A stretch of 64,000 bases of DNA from Lytechinus pictus. Lineage: Eukaryota. This document shows, in pieces, positions 58,401-64,000 of this stretch. Within the stretch, counting starts at the first letter, position 1; every line of letters begins with the position of its first letter. The position numbers were made by a program, and so were the translations under genes. Where the stretch lies: the NCBI RefSeq assembly GCF_037042905.1, contig NC_087245.1, forward strand, positions 19,346,001 to 19,410,000, in the 5' to 3' direction. Below the pieces are notes generated by a model. That model searched no databases, was not told the origin of the DNA, and saw only the letters and a list, made by a program, of their open reading frames with translations.

Positions 58401-61400
58401 TGACCCTAAATGACCTTTGACCTTGATCATGTGACCTGAAACTTGCACAGGATGTTCAGTAATACTTGATTACTATTATGTCCAAGTTTCATGAATCAGA
58501 TCCATAAACTTTCAAAGTTATGATGGTAATTCAACAGATACCCCCAATTCGGCCAAAGTTCATTGACCCTAAATGACCTTTGACCTTGGTCATGTGACGT
58601 TAAACTCATGCAGGATGTTCAGTGATACTTGATTAACCTTATGTATAAGTTTCATGAACTAGGTCCATATATTTTCTAAGTTATGATGACATTTCAAAAA
58701 CTTAACCTTAGGTTAAGATTTTGATGTTGATTCCCCCAACATGGTCTAAGTTCATTGACCCTAAATGACCTTTGACCTTGGTCATGTGACATGAAACTCA
58801 GGCAGGATGTTCAGTAATACTTGATTAACCTTATGGCCAAGTTTCATGAACTAGGTCCATACACTTTCTAAGTTATGCTGTCATTTCAAAAACTTAACCT
58901 CAGGTTAAGATTTGGTGTTGACGCCGCCGCCGCCGCCGCCGCCGCCGCCGTCGCCGCCGCCGTCGGAAAAGCGGCGCCTATAGTCTCACTCTGCTATGCA
59001 GGTGAGACAAAAACCTGTTCTCACCATATGGTGCTTTGGCCATTTTGTTGTCTGAGGGTTCACTGAATGGACCAGTTCCTGCCAGGTTGATGGCTGCTAC
59101 CCTGAATTGGTATTCTTTCTTCTCAATCAAGCTTGTGACAGTTGTTGTTGTCTCAGTAACAACCGTTTTTAGGGCCTTTGTCCATTTTCCAGTCTTCTCC
59201 TTCTTCTCGATGGTATAACCAGTGATAGGGCTGCCACCATCTGATTCTGGTAAAGTCCAGGTTAGTTCCATCTCCGTCTTGTCAAAAGAAGTGATGTCTG
59301 GTTTTCCAGGTGCAGAGGGAACATCTACAAGTGGATTGCAAATCATAACATGAAATAATCCATGAAATTTAGAATCATTAAAGTACTGGATGAGATCAGT
59401 GCTATTGGATTTTACAAAAAGCTGAAAACATTATCATGTTCAACAACTCATTTTAGGCTTTAATCATCATTAAGATAAAAGACAAGGTGATGAATTGCGA
59501 ATCATATAGAAACTATTCAATTCTACATTTAGTGATCTCCATTAATGTTGAAATACAATATGGGACTATCAATGGTAGATTGATATCACATTCCCTTTAC
59601 ACCTAAAATAAGAGGACTCACCAAATGGCAACTTGGCCTTCTGTAGATCAGATGGTTCACTAGCAGGTCCGGGACCTGCTAAGTTCTCAGCAATGATTCT
59701 GAACTGGTATTCAGAACCCTCAGTCAGACCAGTTACTGTGAGTGTTGTCTCAGTAACTGTTTCCTTTGTGACACGGACCCATCGAGATGAAGTCTTCTCT
59801 TTGCGTTCTACAGTGTATCCTGTAATTGGACTACCACCATCTGATTCAGGAGGAGTCCAAGTGATTGTCATCTTGGTGATGTTGTACTCAGTGACCTGTG
59901 GTTTACCTGGGGCTCCAGGGGCATCTGAGAATAAGAAATGTGATTACAGGAAATATTCATAAAAATCTAGACATAATGTGATGCAATGACAAATCTTTTG
60001 AATATCTTACAGTCATTTTGCTAATGCTTAATTTCATTTTGGGGCTGCTTTTCCCCAATAAACAACAACAAAAAAGGTATTTGAATTTACTTCTGTGCTT
60101 GATGCTCCAAACACATCTATGCAATTCTACTTCATGGTCACACTTACCGAATGGCAACTTGGCTTTCACAGTGTCTGATGGTGGACTTGGTTGACCAACT
60201 CCTGCTGCATTCTCAGCTGACACTCTGAACTGATATTCGTTACCTTCGTGCAGGTCAGATATGGTCAGTGTCAGTTCAGTCACTAGATCTTTATTACACT
60301 TCACCCAGCGACCTCGGGCTGCCTCACATCTCTCAACGATGTAGCCCTTGATGGGAGAGCCGCCATCGTTTTCTGGAGGTGTCCAGGTAACTGTAATTGT
60401 TGTCTTGTTGATGTTTTCAGTAGTAGGTTTAGAAGGTGGGCCAGGTACATCTGTATGAAAAAAAAGTTAGAAGATGGGTTCATTAATGTTTTCCAAACAA
60501 ATGTGCAAATACATTTAAGTCACCATATGAACTTTTTGTATAAGTATGAAATGCTTCAATAACTGAATGTATAATTTTCAGGCTCATAGAAGGAAAAACC
60601 TGTTCTCACCATATGGTGCTTTGGCCATTTTGTTGTCTGAGGGTTCACTGAATGGACCAGTTCCTGCCAGGTTGATGGCTGCTACCCTGAATTGGTATTC
60701 TTTCTTCTCAATCAAGCTTGTGACAGTTGTTGTTGTCTCAGTAACAACCGCTTTGATGGCCTTTGTCCATTTTCCAGTCTTCTCCTTCTTCTCGATGGTA
60801 TAACCAGTGATAGGGCTGCCACCATCTGATTCTGGTAAAGTCCAGGTTAGTTCCATCTCCGTCTTGTCAAAAGAAGTGATGTCTGGTTTTCCAGGTGCAG
60901 AGGGAACATCTACAAGTGGATTGCAAATCATAACATGAAATAATCCATGAAATTTAGAATCATTAAAGTACTGGATGAGATCAGTGCAATTGGATTTTTA
61001 CAAAAAGCTGAAAACATTATTATCATGTTCAACAACTCATTTTAGGTTTTAATCATCATTAAGATAAAAGACAAGGTGATGAATTGCGAATCATATAGAA
61101 ACTATTCAATTCTACATTTAGTGATCTCCATTAATGTTGAAATACAATATGGGACTATCAATGGTAGATTGATATCACATTCCCTTTACACCTAAAATAA
61201 GAGGACTCACCAAATGGCAACTTGGCCTTCTGTAGATCAGATGGTTCACTAGCAGGTCCGGGACCTGCTAAGTTCTCAGCAATGATTCTGAACTGGTATT
61301 CAGAACCCTCAGTCAGACCAGTTACTGTGAGTGTTGTCTCAGTAACTGTTTCCTTTGTGACACGGACCCATCGAGATGAAGTCTTCTCTTTGCGTTCTAC

Positions 61401-63680
61401 AGTGTATCCTGTAATTGGACTACCACCATCTGATTCAGGAGGAGTCCAAGTGATTGTCATCTTGGTGATGTTGTACTCAGTGACCTGTGGTTTATCTGGG
61501 GCTCCAGGGGCATCTGAGAATAAGAAATGTGATTACAGGAAATATTCATAAAAATCTAGACATAATGTGATGCAATGACAAATCTTTTGAATATCTTACA
61601 GTCATTTTGCTAATGCTTAATTTCATTTTGGGGCTGCTTTTCCCCAATAAACAACAACAAAAAAGGTATTTGAATTTACTTCTGTGCTTGATGCTCCAAA
61701 CACATCTATGCAATTCTACTTCATGGTCACACTTACCGAATGGCAACTTGGCCTTCACAGTGTCTGATGGTGGACTTGGTTGACCAACTCCTGCTGCATT
61801 CTCAGCTGACACTCTGAACTGATATTCGTTACCTTCGTGCAGGTCAGATATGGTCAGTGTCAGTTCAGTCACTAGATCTTTATTACACTTCACCCAGCGA
61901 CCTCGGGCTGCCTCACACTTCTCAACAATGTAGCCCATGACAGGAGAACCGCCATCGTTTTCTGGAGGTGTCCAGGTAACTGTAATTGTTGTCTTGTTGA
62001 TGTTTTCAGTAGTAGGTTTAGAAGGTGGGCCAGGTACATCTGTATAGAAAAAAGGAAAATTACATATTTTCTCAAATTTTATGAAATAAATATGGACATA
62101 TGTTCATTATTGTTTTTGTGTGAGCGTCAGTCAGAATATGGGAATATGACACCCAGGTCGACCAAGGGAAATATCGAAAAATAAATGAATTAAACCAAAA
62201 AATGTTGTATCCCATCAATGTGGATGCAAGAACCAAACTCACCATAAGGTGCCTTGGCCATTTTGTTGTCCGAGGGTTCACTGAAAGGACCAGTTCCAGC
62301 AAGATTAATGGCTGCAACCCTAAATTGGTATTCCTTCTTCTCACTCAAGTTTGTCACAGTAGTTGTTGTCTCAGTAACCACGGTTTTGATAGCCTTTGTC
62401 CACTTTCCAGTCTTCTCCTTCTTTTCGATGGTATAACCAGTGATTGGACTGCCACCATCAGATTCTGGTACAGTCCAGGTTAGTTCCATCTCTGTCTTAT
62501 CAACAGAAGTGATGTCTGGCTTTCCAGGTGCAGAGGGAACATCTGGAGATGAGGATGTTTAGAAGTTATAATCATTCAATAAATGGGAACCAATATTGAG
62601 AAAAAAAATACAAAAATTGGAACAAAAATATTAAGTACATTTGCCTTAAAGGCTTTCACAAAAAATATTGATTAGCATCAAGTTAATCAGAAGGTAAATG
62701 ATGCAATAAGGATATGCACTGATTGTTTTCTATCCTTTCTAGATTAAGAGCAATGTTAAAAAAGGAATGAGCGACGGTATAGCATGAAATCACATGATTT
62801 CCAAAATCTGCAACAGAACTAAGACTCACCAAATGGCAGCTTGGCCTTCTGCAGATCGGATGGCTCACTAGCAGGTCCGGGACCTGCTAAGTTCTCAGCA
62901 ATGATTCTGAACTGGTACTCGGAACCCTCAGTCAAACCAGTTACTGTGAGCGTCGTCTCAGTAACTGTCTCCTTTGTGACACGGACCCATCGAGATGAAG
63001 TCTTCTCTTTGCGTTCTACAATGTATCCAGTAATTGGGCTACCACCATCTGATTCAGGAGGAGTCCAAGTGATTGTCATCTTGGTGATGTTGTACTCAGT
63101 GACCTGTGGCTTACCTGGGGCTCCAGGGGCATCTATAAATGGACCAGAATAATGATCTTTACATAATTCTGTTTGTTGAAGCATAGTACAAAGCTTAGAT
63201 TAAAACACTTTGAATGAATGCATTCTAGTGATGCTTCTTGTGTGTCACAGTGGAGTGAAATTCTGTTTTCATGCTTGCAATTAAAAAACGATTATGATAT
63301 CCATACTCATTATTGATTTATTTATTTTACCAGGAACTTGAAGAATAATGATTTTGATTTACTGTTTTCATACTTACCAAATGGTAGCTTCGCTGTGAAG
63401 GTATCAGAAACAGGGCTTGGTTTTCCAACTCCTGCAGCATTCTCTGCAGACACCCTGAACTGATATTGTCCACCATCTGTCAGATCAGAGACAGTGAAGG
63501 TAAGTTCAGTGACTTTATCACTGTTACATTTGACCCAGCGACCCCTGGAGACATCACAACGCTCAATGATATACCCAGTGACGGGCGAGCCACCGTCATC
63601 CCCTGGAGGGGTCCAGGATACTGTGATGGTAGTTTTGTTGATGTTCTCACAGGATGGTTTTTCAGGAGCTCCTGGCACAT
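1265..63680 (-). CDS. Giant titin/twitchin-like Ig/Fn3 protein gene, multi-exon and partial (5' end beyond the window); about 77 Fn3 and 8 Ig domains in 79 exons
   Basis: Exons repeat the titin-type Fn3 motif P.AP..P......L.W.PP.SDGGS.I.GY.VE.....W....Y.FRV.A.N.AG.G.PS and I-set Ig motifs (G.P.P.V.W, D.G.Y); all are flanked by AG/GT with compatible phases. Confidence 0.95.
1805..1848. repeat. Imperfect (GT)n/(GA)n microsatellite in intron
   Basis: gtgtgtgtgtgtgagtgtatatgtgtgagagaggagagatagag. Confidence 0.6.
1869..2041 (-). CDS. Exon: C-terminal half of I-set Ig
   Basis: VHHGRELMTGRKY...ETGMYTIIAKNKHGSVRSSAELLIQ; AAG acceptor; phase 2-1. Confidence 0.9.
2500..2611 (-). CDS. Exon: N-terminal half of I-set Ig (not in ORF track)
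   Basis: GAAPSIQMEIQNTMVPEGQTGMFSCKISGSPKPKVSW; phase 1-2. Confidence 0.9.
3511..3810 (-). CDS. Exon: Fn3
   Basis: 300 nt, phase 1-1, Fn3 motif. Confidence 0.92.
4732..5037 (-). CDS. Exon: Fn3
   Basis: 306 nt, phase 1-1. Confidence 0.92.
5495..5797 (-). CDS. Exon: Fn3
   Basis: 303 nt, phase 1-1. Confidence 0.92.
6221..6505 (-). CDS. Exon: Ig
   Basis: PYTGCPTPKVEW...DTGKYSITMTNDAG. Confidence 0.92.
6766..7029 (-). CDS. Exon: Ig
   Basis: TLECRISNPKAEVKW...DTGKYTCECG. Confidence 0.9.
7370..7672 (-). CDS. Exon: Fn3
   Basis: 303 nt, phase 1-1. Confidence 0.92.
7996..8298 (-). CDS. Exon: Fn3
   Basis: 303 nt, phase 1-1. Confidence 0.92.
8624..8911 (-). CDS. Exon: Ig
   Basis: WLKDDKQV...DSGSYTIKISNKAG. 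Confidence 0.92.
9254..9562 (-). CDS. Exon: Fn3
   Basis: 309 nt, phase 1-1. Confidence 0.92.
9908..10020 (-). CDS. Exon: C-terminal part of Fn3
   Basis: VTKLIEDKEYQFRVRAENKLG; phase 2-1. Confidence 0.9.
10497..10572 (+). mobile_element. Short L2-type LINE/SINE 3' tail remnant
   Basis: Stem-loop gcgcata...acattat-tc-ataatgt...tatgcac followed by (TAT)n. Confidence 0.55.
10646..11120 (-). CDS. Exon: Ig plus N-terminal part of Fn3
   Basis: ORF 10642-11079; phase 1-2. Confidence 0.92.
11698..12000 (-). CDS. Exon: Fn3
   Basis: 303 nt, phase 1-1. Confidence 0.92.
12427..13011 (-). CDS. Exon: Ig plus Fn3
   Basis: 585 nt, phase 1-1. Confidence 0.92.
13374..13676 (-). CDS. Exon: Fn3
   Basis: 303 nt; donor gtgtgt. 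Confidence 0.88.
13818..14405 (-). CDS. Exon: Ig plus Fn3
   Basis: 588 nt, phase 1-1. Confidence 0.92.
14609..14902 (-). CDS. Exon: Fn3 (last of the Ig-free array)
   Basis: 294 nt, phase 1-1. Confidence 0.9.
15197..15499 (-). CDS. Exon: Fn3
   Basis: 303 nt. Confidence 0.9.
15791..16093 (-). CDS. Exon: Fn3
   Basis: 303 nt. Confidence 0.92.
16198..18418 (-). mobile_element. Non-autonomous Helentron-type element (HINE/DINE-1-like), copy 1, interrupted by a nested hAT element
   Basis: 13-bp subterminal inverted repeats gtctcacctgcat (16218-16230) and atgcaggtgagac (18400-18412); terminal hairpin; (GCC)n tract; internal ~163-bp tandem repeats; A-run flanks. Confidence 0.8.
16338..17578. mobile_element. 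Non-autonomous hAT (Buster/Charlie-like) DNA transposon nested in Helentron copy 1
   Basis: Perfect 8-bp TSD aacTAgac (16330-16337, 17579-17586); imperfect TIRs cagggattctcaa / cagcctttctcaa (10/13); absent from copy 2. Confidence 0.85.
18463..18759 (-). CDS. Exon: Fn3 (not in ORF track)
   Basis: 297 nt, DAPSAPLEPTITSITEDSATLTWAAPSRDGG. Confidence 0.9.
19079..19381 (-). CDS. Exon: Fn3
   Basis: 303 nt. Confidence 0.92.
19678..19980 (-). CDS. Exon: Fn3
   Basis: 303 nt. Confidence 0.92.
20266..20568 (-). CDS. Exon: Fn3
   Basis: 303 nt. Confidence 0.92.
20715..21017 (-). CDS. Exon: Fn3
   Basis: 303 nt. Confidence 0.92.
21446..21745 (-). CDS. Exon: Fn3
   Basis: 300 nt. Confidence 0.92.
22146..22448 (-). 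CDS. Exon: Fn3
   Basis: 303 nt. Confidence 0.92.
22961..23263 (-). CDS. Exon: Fn3
   Basis: 303 nt. Confidence 0.92.
23716..23830 (-). CDS. Exon: C-terminal part of split Fn3
   Basis: VTGLTEGTEYEFRVVAENDAG; phase 0-1. Confidence 0.9.
24201..24388 (-). CDS. Exon: N-terminal part of split Fn3
   Basis: DEPGAPGAPEAS...EDTKLK; phase 1-0. Confidence 0.9.
25122..25268. mobile_element. MITE (~147 bp)
   Basis: TIRs caggggccatggaa / caggggcctcggaa; flanking direct repeat tattc; G-run and C-run inside. Confidence 0.65.
26072..26089 (-). CDS. Candidate 18-nt microexon (adds about ICQQKE between two Fn3 domains)
   Basis: ttctactttag|TTTGCCAACAAAAAGAAG|gtaagc; phase 1-1, no stop. Confidence 0.4.
26463..26765 (-). 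CDS. Exon: Fn3
   Basis: 303 nt. Confidence 0.92.
27037..27336 (-). CDS. Exon: Fn3
   Basis: 300 nt. Confidence 0.92.
27701..28003 (-). CDS. Exon: Fn3 (coding frame not in ORF track)
   Basis: 303 nt, LPDAPAKPDITNIDSKQITLAWSPPWSDGGSPIIGY. Confidence 0.9.
28249..28551 (-). CDS. Exon: Fn3
   Basis: 303 nt. Confidence 0.92.
28674..30059. mobile_element. Non-autonomous hAT-like DNA transposon (~1.39 kb)
   Basis: TIRs caaccgcgtagccagg / caggcgcgtagccagg (14/16); 8-bp TSD tctgatac / tctcatac (7/8). Confidence 0.8.
30328..30442 (-). CDS. Exon: C-terminal part of split Fn3
   Basis: TTGLKENHNYEFRVIAVNKAG; phase 0-1. Confidence 0.9.
32161..32348 (-). CDS. Exon: N-terminal part of split Fn3
   Basis: VPDAPSQP...ELTYQ; phase 1-0. 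Confidence 0.9.
32643..32939 (-). CDS. Exon: Fn3
   Basis: 297 nt. Confidence 0.9.
33412..33714 (-). CDS. Exon: Fn3
   Basis: 303 nt. Confidence 0.92.
33924..34226 (-). CDS. Exon: Fn3
   Basis: 303 nt. Confidence 0.92.
34403..35265 (+). mobile_element. Probable solo LTR (BEL/Pao-like)
   Basis: TG...CA ends (tgtttt...cttca); flanks ggacat / agacat; TATATAA at 34838; internal 25-bp tandem duplication 34779-34828. Confidence 0.5.
35394..35690 (-). CDS. Exon: Fn3
   Basis: 297 nt. Confidence 0.92.
36016..36476 (-). CDS. Exon: 1.5 Fn3 (3' part of split double exon)
   Basis: FSPRWTPV...KPPEAP...KPPYG; phase 2-1. Confidence 0.9.
36762..36891 (-). CDS. Exon: N-terminal part of Fn3
   Basis: DVPSQPHSLKITDVEPTAVTLEWSEPDSDGGDNVSAYIIEKKDR; phase 1-2. 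Confidence 0.88.
37176..37472 (-). CDS. Exon: Fn3 (single type)
   Basis: 297 nt. Confidence 0.92.
37694..38284 (-). CDS. Exon: double Fn3
   Basis: 591 nt, AAG acceptor. Confidence 0.9.
38416..38530 (-). CDS. Exon: C-terminal part of split Fn3
   Basis: VTRLSEGKDYQFRIIAENKAG; phase 0-1. Confidence 0.9.
38854..39035 (-). CDS. Exon: N-terminal part of split Fn3
   Basis: DVPDRPDQP...DLSFK; phase 1-0. Confidence 0.9.
39298..39882 (-). CDS. Exon: double Fn3
   Basis: 585 nt. Confidence 0.92.
40381..40680 (-). CDS. Exon: Fn3 (single type)
   Basis: 300 nt. Confidence 0.92.
40878..41465 (-). CDS. Exon: double Fn3
   Basis: 588 nt. Confidence 0.92.
41725..42021 (-). CDS. Exon: Fn3 (single type)
   Basis: 297 nt. 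Confidence 0.92.
42312..42899 (-). CDS. Exon: double Fn3
   Basis: 588 nt. Confidence 0.92.
43372..43512. mobile_element. Degenerate MITE (~141 bp)
   Basis: TIRs ctggtgagggtttcataga / caggtgggtgtttcataaa (15/19); internal inverted aagagcga / tcgctctt. Confidence 0.55.
44088..44387 (-). CDS. Exon: Fn3 (extra single, possibly alternative)
   Basis: 300 nt; pyrimidine-poor acceptor catgaacaccatag. Confidence 0.85.
45213..45513 (+). mobile_element. 5'-truncated L2/CR1-group LINE fragment (ORF2 C-terminus, 3' UTR, (ATT)n tail)
   Basis: Translates LCIPLSKLSSAEKRFAVAAAKTWNAVPLPIRNASSILGLKSSLKTYLFPQ*, matching the F.V.A...WN.LP..IR...S...FK..LKT.LF ORF2 end. Confidence 0.8.
45702..46001 (-). CDS. 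Exon: Fn3 (single type)
   Basis: 300 nt; AAG acceptor. Confidence 0.88.
46401..46982 (-). CDS. Exon: double Fn3
   Basis: 582 nt. Confidence 0.92.
47253..47552 (-). CDS. Exon: Fn3 (single type)
   Basis: 300 nt. Confidence 0.92.
47757..48344 (-). CDS. Exon: double Fn3
   Basis: 588 nt. Confidence 0.92.
48620..48919 (-). CDS. Exon: Fn3 (single type)
   Basis: 300 nt. Confidence 0.92.
49238..49825 (-). CDS. Exon: double Fn3
   Basis: 588 nt. Confidence 0.92.
50416..50715 (-). CDS. Exon: Fn3 (extra single, possibly alternative)
   Basis: 300 nt; purine-rich acceptor aatggaaaacag. Confidence 0.83.
51870..52169 (-). CDS. Exon: Fn3 (single type)
   Basis: 300 nt. Confidence 0.9.
52756..53343 (-). 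CDS. Exon: double Fn3
   Basis: 588 nt. Confidence 0.92.
53503..53802 (-). CDS. Exon: Fn3 (single type)
   Basis: 300 nt. Confidence 0.92.
54137..54439 (-). CDS. Exon: Fn3 (not in ORF track)
   Basis: 303 nt, DVPGAPSTPVPSDITETSVHLEWAPPSSNGGAEITEY. Confidence 0.9.
54674..54976 (-). CDS. Exon: Fn3
   Basis: 303 nt. Confidence 0.92.
55282..55587 (-). CDS. Exon: Fn3 (C-like)
   Basis: 306 nt. Confidence 0.92.
55984..56286 (-). CDS. Exon: Fn3 (B-like)
   Basis: 303 nt. Confidence 0.92.
56536..56835 (-). CDS. Exon: Fn3 type A
   Basis: 300 nt. Confidence 0.92.
57064..57366 (-). CDS. Exon: Fn3 type B
   Basis: 303 nt. Confidence 0.92.
57589..57891 (-). CDS. Exon: Fn3 type C
   Basis: 303 nt. Confidence 0.92.
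58037..59010 (-). mobile_element. Non-autonomous Helentron-type element, copy 2 (intact, ~974 bp)
   Basis: subTIRs 58057-58069 and 58996-59008; hairpin 58983-59008; (GCC)n about 58923-58962; empty site at 60581-60610 shows insertion into an A-run with no clear TSD. Confidence 0.85.
59025..59324 (-). CDS. Exon: Fn3 type A
   Basis: 300 nt. Confidence 0.92.
59622..59924 (-). CDS. Exon: Fn3 type B
   Basis: 303 nt. Confidence 0.92.
60148..60450 (-). CDS. Exon: Fn3 type C
   Basis: 303 nt. Confidence 0.92.
60610..60909 (-). CDS. Exon: Fn3 type A
   Basis: 300 nt. Confidence 0.92.
61211..61513 (-). CDS. Exon: Fn3 type B
   Basis: 303 nt. Confidence 0.92.
61737..62039 (-). CDS. Exon: Fn3 type C
   Basis: 303 nt. 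Confidence 0.92.
62243..62542 (-). CDS. Exon: Fn3 type A
   Basis: 300 nt. Confidence 0.92.
62830..63132 (-). CDS. Exon: Fn3 type B
   Basis: 303 nt. Confidence 0.92.
63378..63680 (-). CDS. Exon: Fn3 type C (diverged)
   Basis: 303 nt. Confidence 0.92.
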
Positions 63681-64000
63681 CTACAGGATTAAGACACAGA
63701 GGATGCAAAGGAGGTAATGACCAACAATAGGTATATCAGAACTGTATGGTTCTGTAATTCAACCATTCATATGTTGTGATCTTACATTGATTGTCAAACC
63801 TCACTTAAAATATATAAATAATTATACCCAAAATATTTATGATTCAAAATTATATCAACATTATAGGTGAGCTTGTATATTCATATTTGCAAGACTATGT
63901 ATTTGTTCAAATGCTTTAGTGATTCATCAAGTCACTATCAGAGGAATACATTTCTAGTAAACTCTACAAGAACACTTATTTTCATGAAGAATAATCAGCT

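Larger units (their letters stand above)
57064..62045. repeat. Recent tandem duplication of a ~1585-1589 bp three-exon unit (about 2.5 near-identical copies including introns)
   Basis: Introns 57367-57588, 59925-60147 and 61514-61736 are nearly identical; 59325-59621 matches 60910-61210; 57892-58034 matches 60451-60593. Confidence 0.95.

Noticed and set aside
1265..63680. Assigning a gene symbol (TTN, unc-22, bent) or calling it a Dscam/receptor-type gene
   Set aside because: Domains are of the intracellular titin type with no transmembrane segment seen, but orthology cannot be established without phylogeny and the architecture matches none of these genes as I know them
3708..63730. Many plus-strand and off-frame ORFs of 60-170 aa overlapping the exons
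   Set aside because: Antisense or alternate-frame shadows of the GC-richer Fn3 exons; no domain signal and they recur only where exons recur

Overview
AT-rich eukaryotic (animal) genomic DNA; the repeat content suggests a marine invertebrate, possibly an echinoderm, but that is only an inference. Nearly the whole window is the 3' part of one giant intron-rich minus-strand gene of the titin/twitchin (intracellular Ig/Fn3) family. I resolved 79 GT-AG exons (1265-63680) plus a candidate terminal exon (484-754), encoding roughly 8,400 aa. N- to C-terminal order (high to low coordinate): 66 consecutive titin-type Fn3 domains with no Ig, then (Ig-Fn3-Fn3)x4, Ig-Ig-Fn3-Fn3-Fn3, Ig and a partial Ig. 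No kinase domain is present in the window. The Fn3 array shows layered tandem exon amplification: an older single+fused-double exon repeat (36-54 kb) and a very recent ~1.59 kb three-exon unit with near-identical introns (57-62 kb). Two extra exons and an 18-nt microexon look alternatively spliced. Introns hold two near-identical Helentron-type non-autonomous elements (one with its empty site in a neighbouring duplicate, one interrupted by a nested hAT element), a second hAT-like element, MITEs, a probable solo LTR and L2-type LINE 3' remnants. All coordinates were read by eye.
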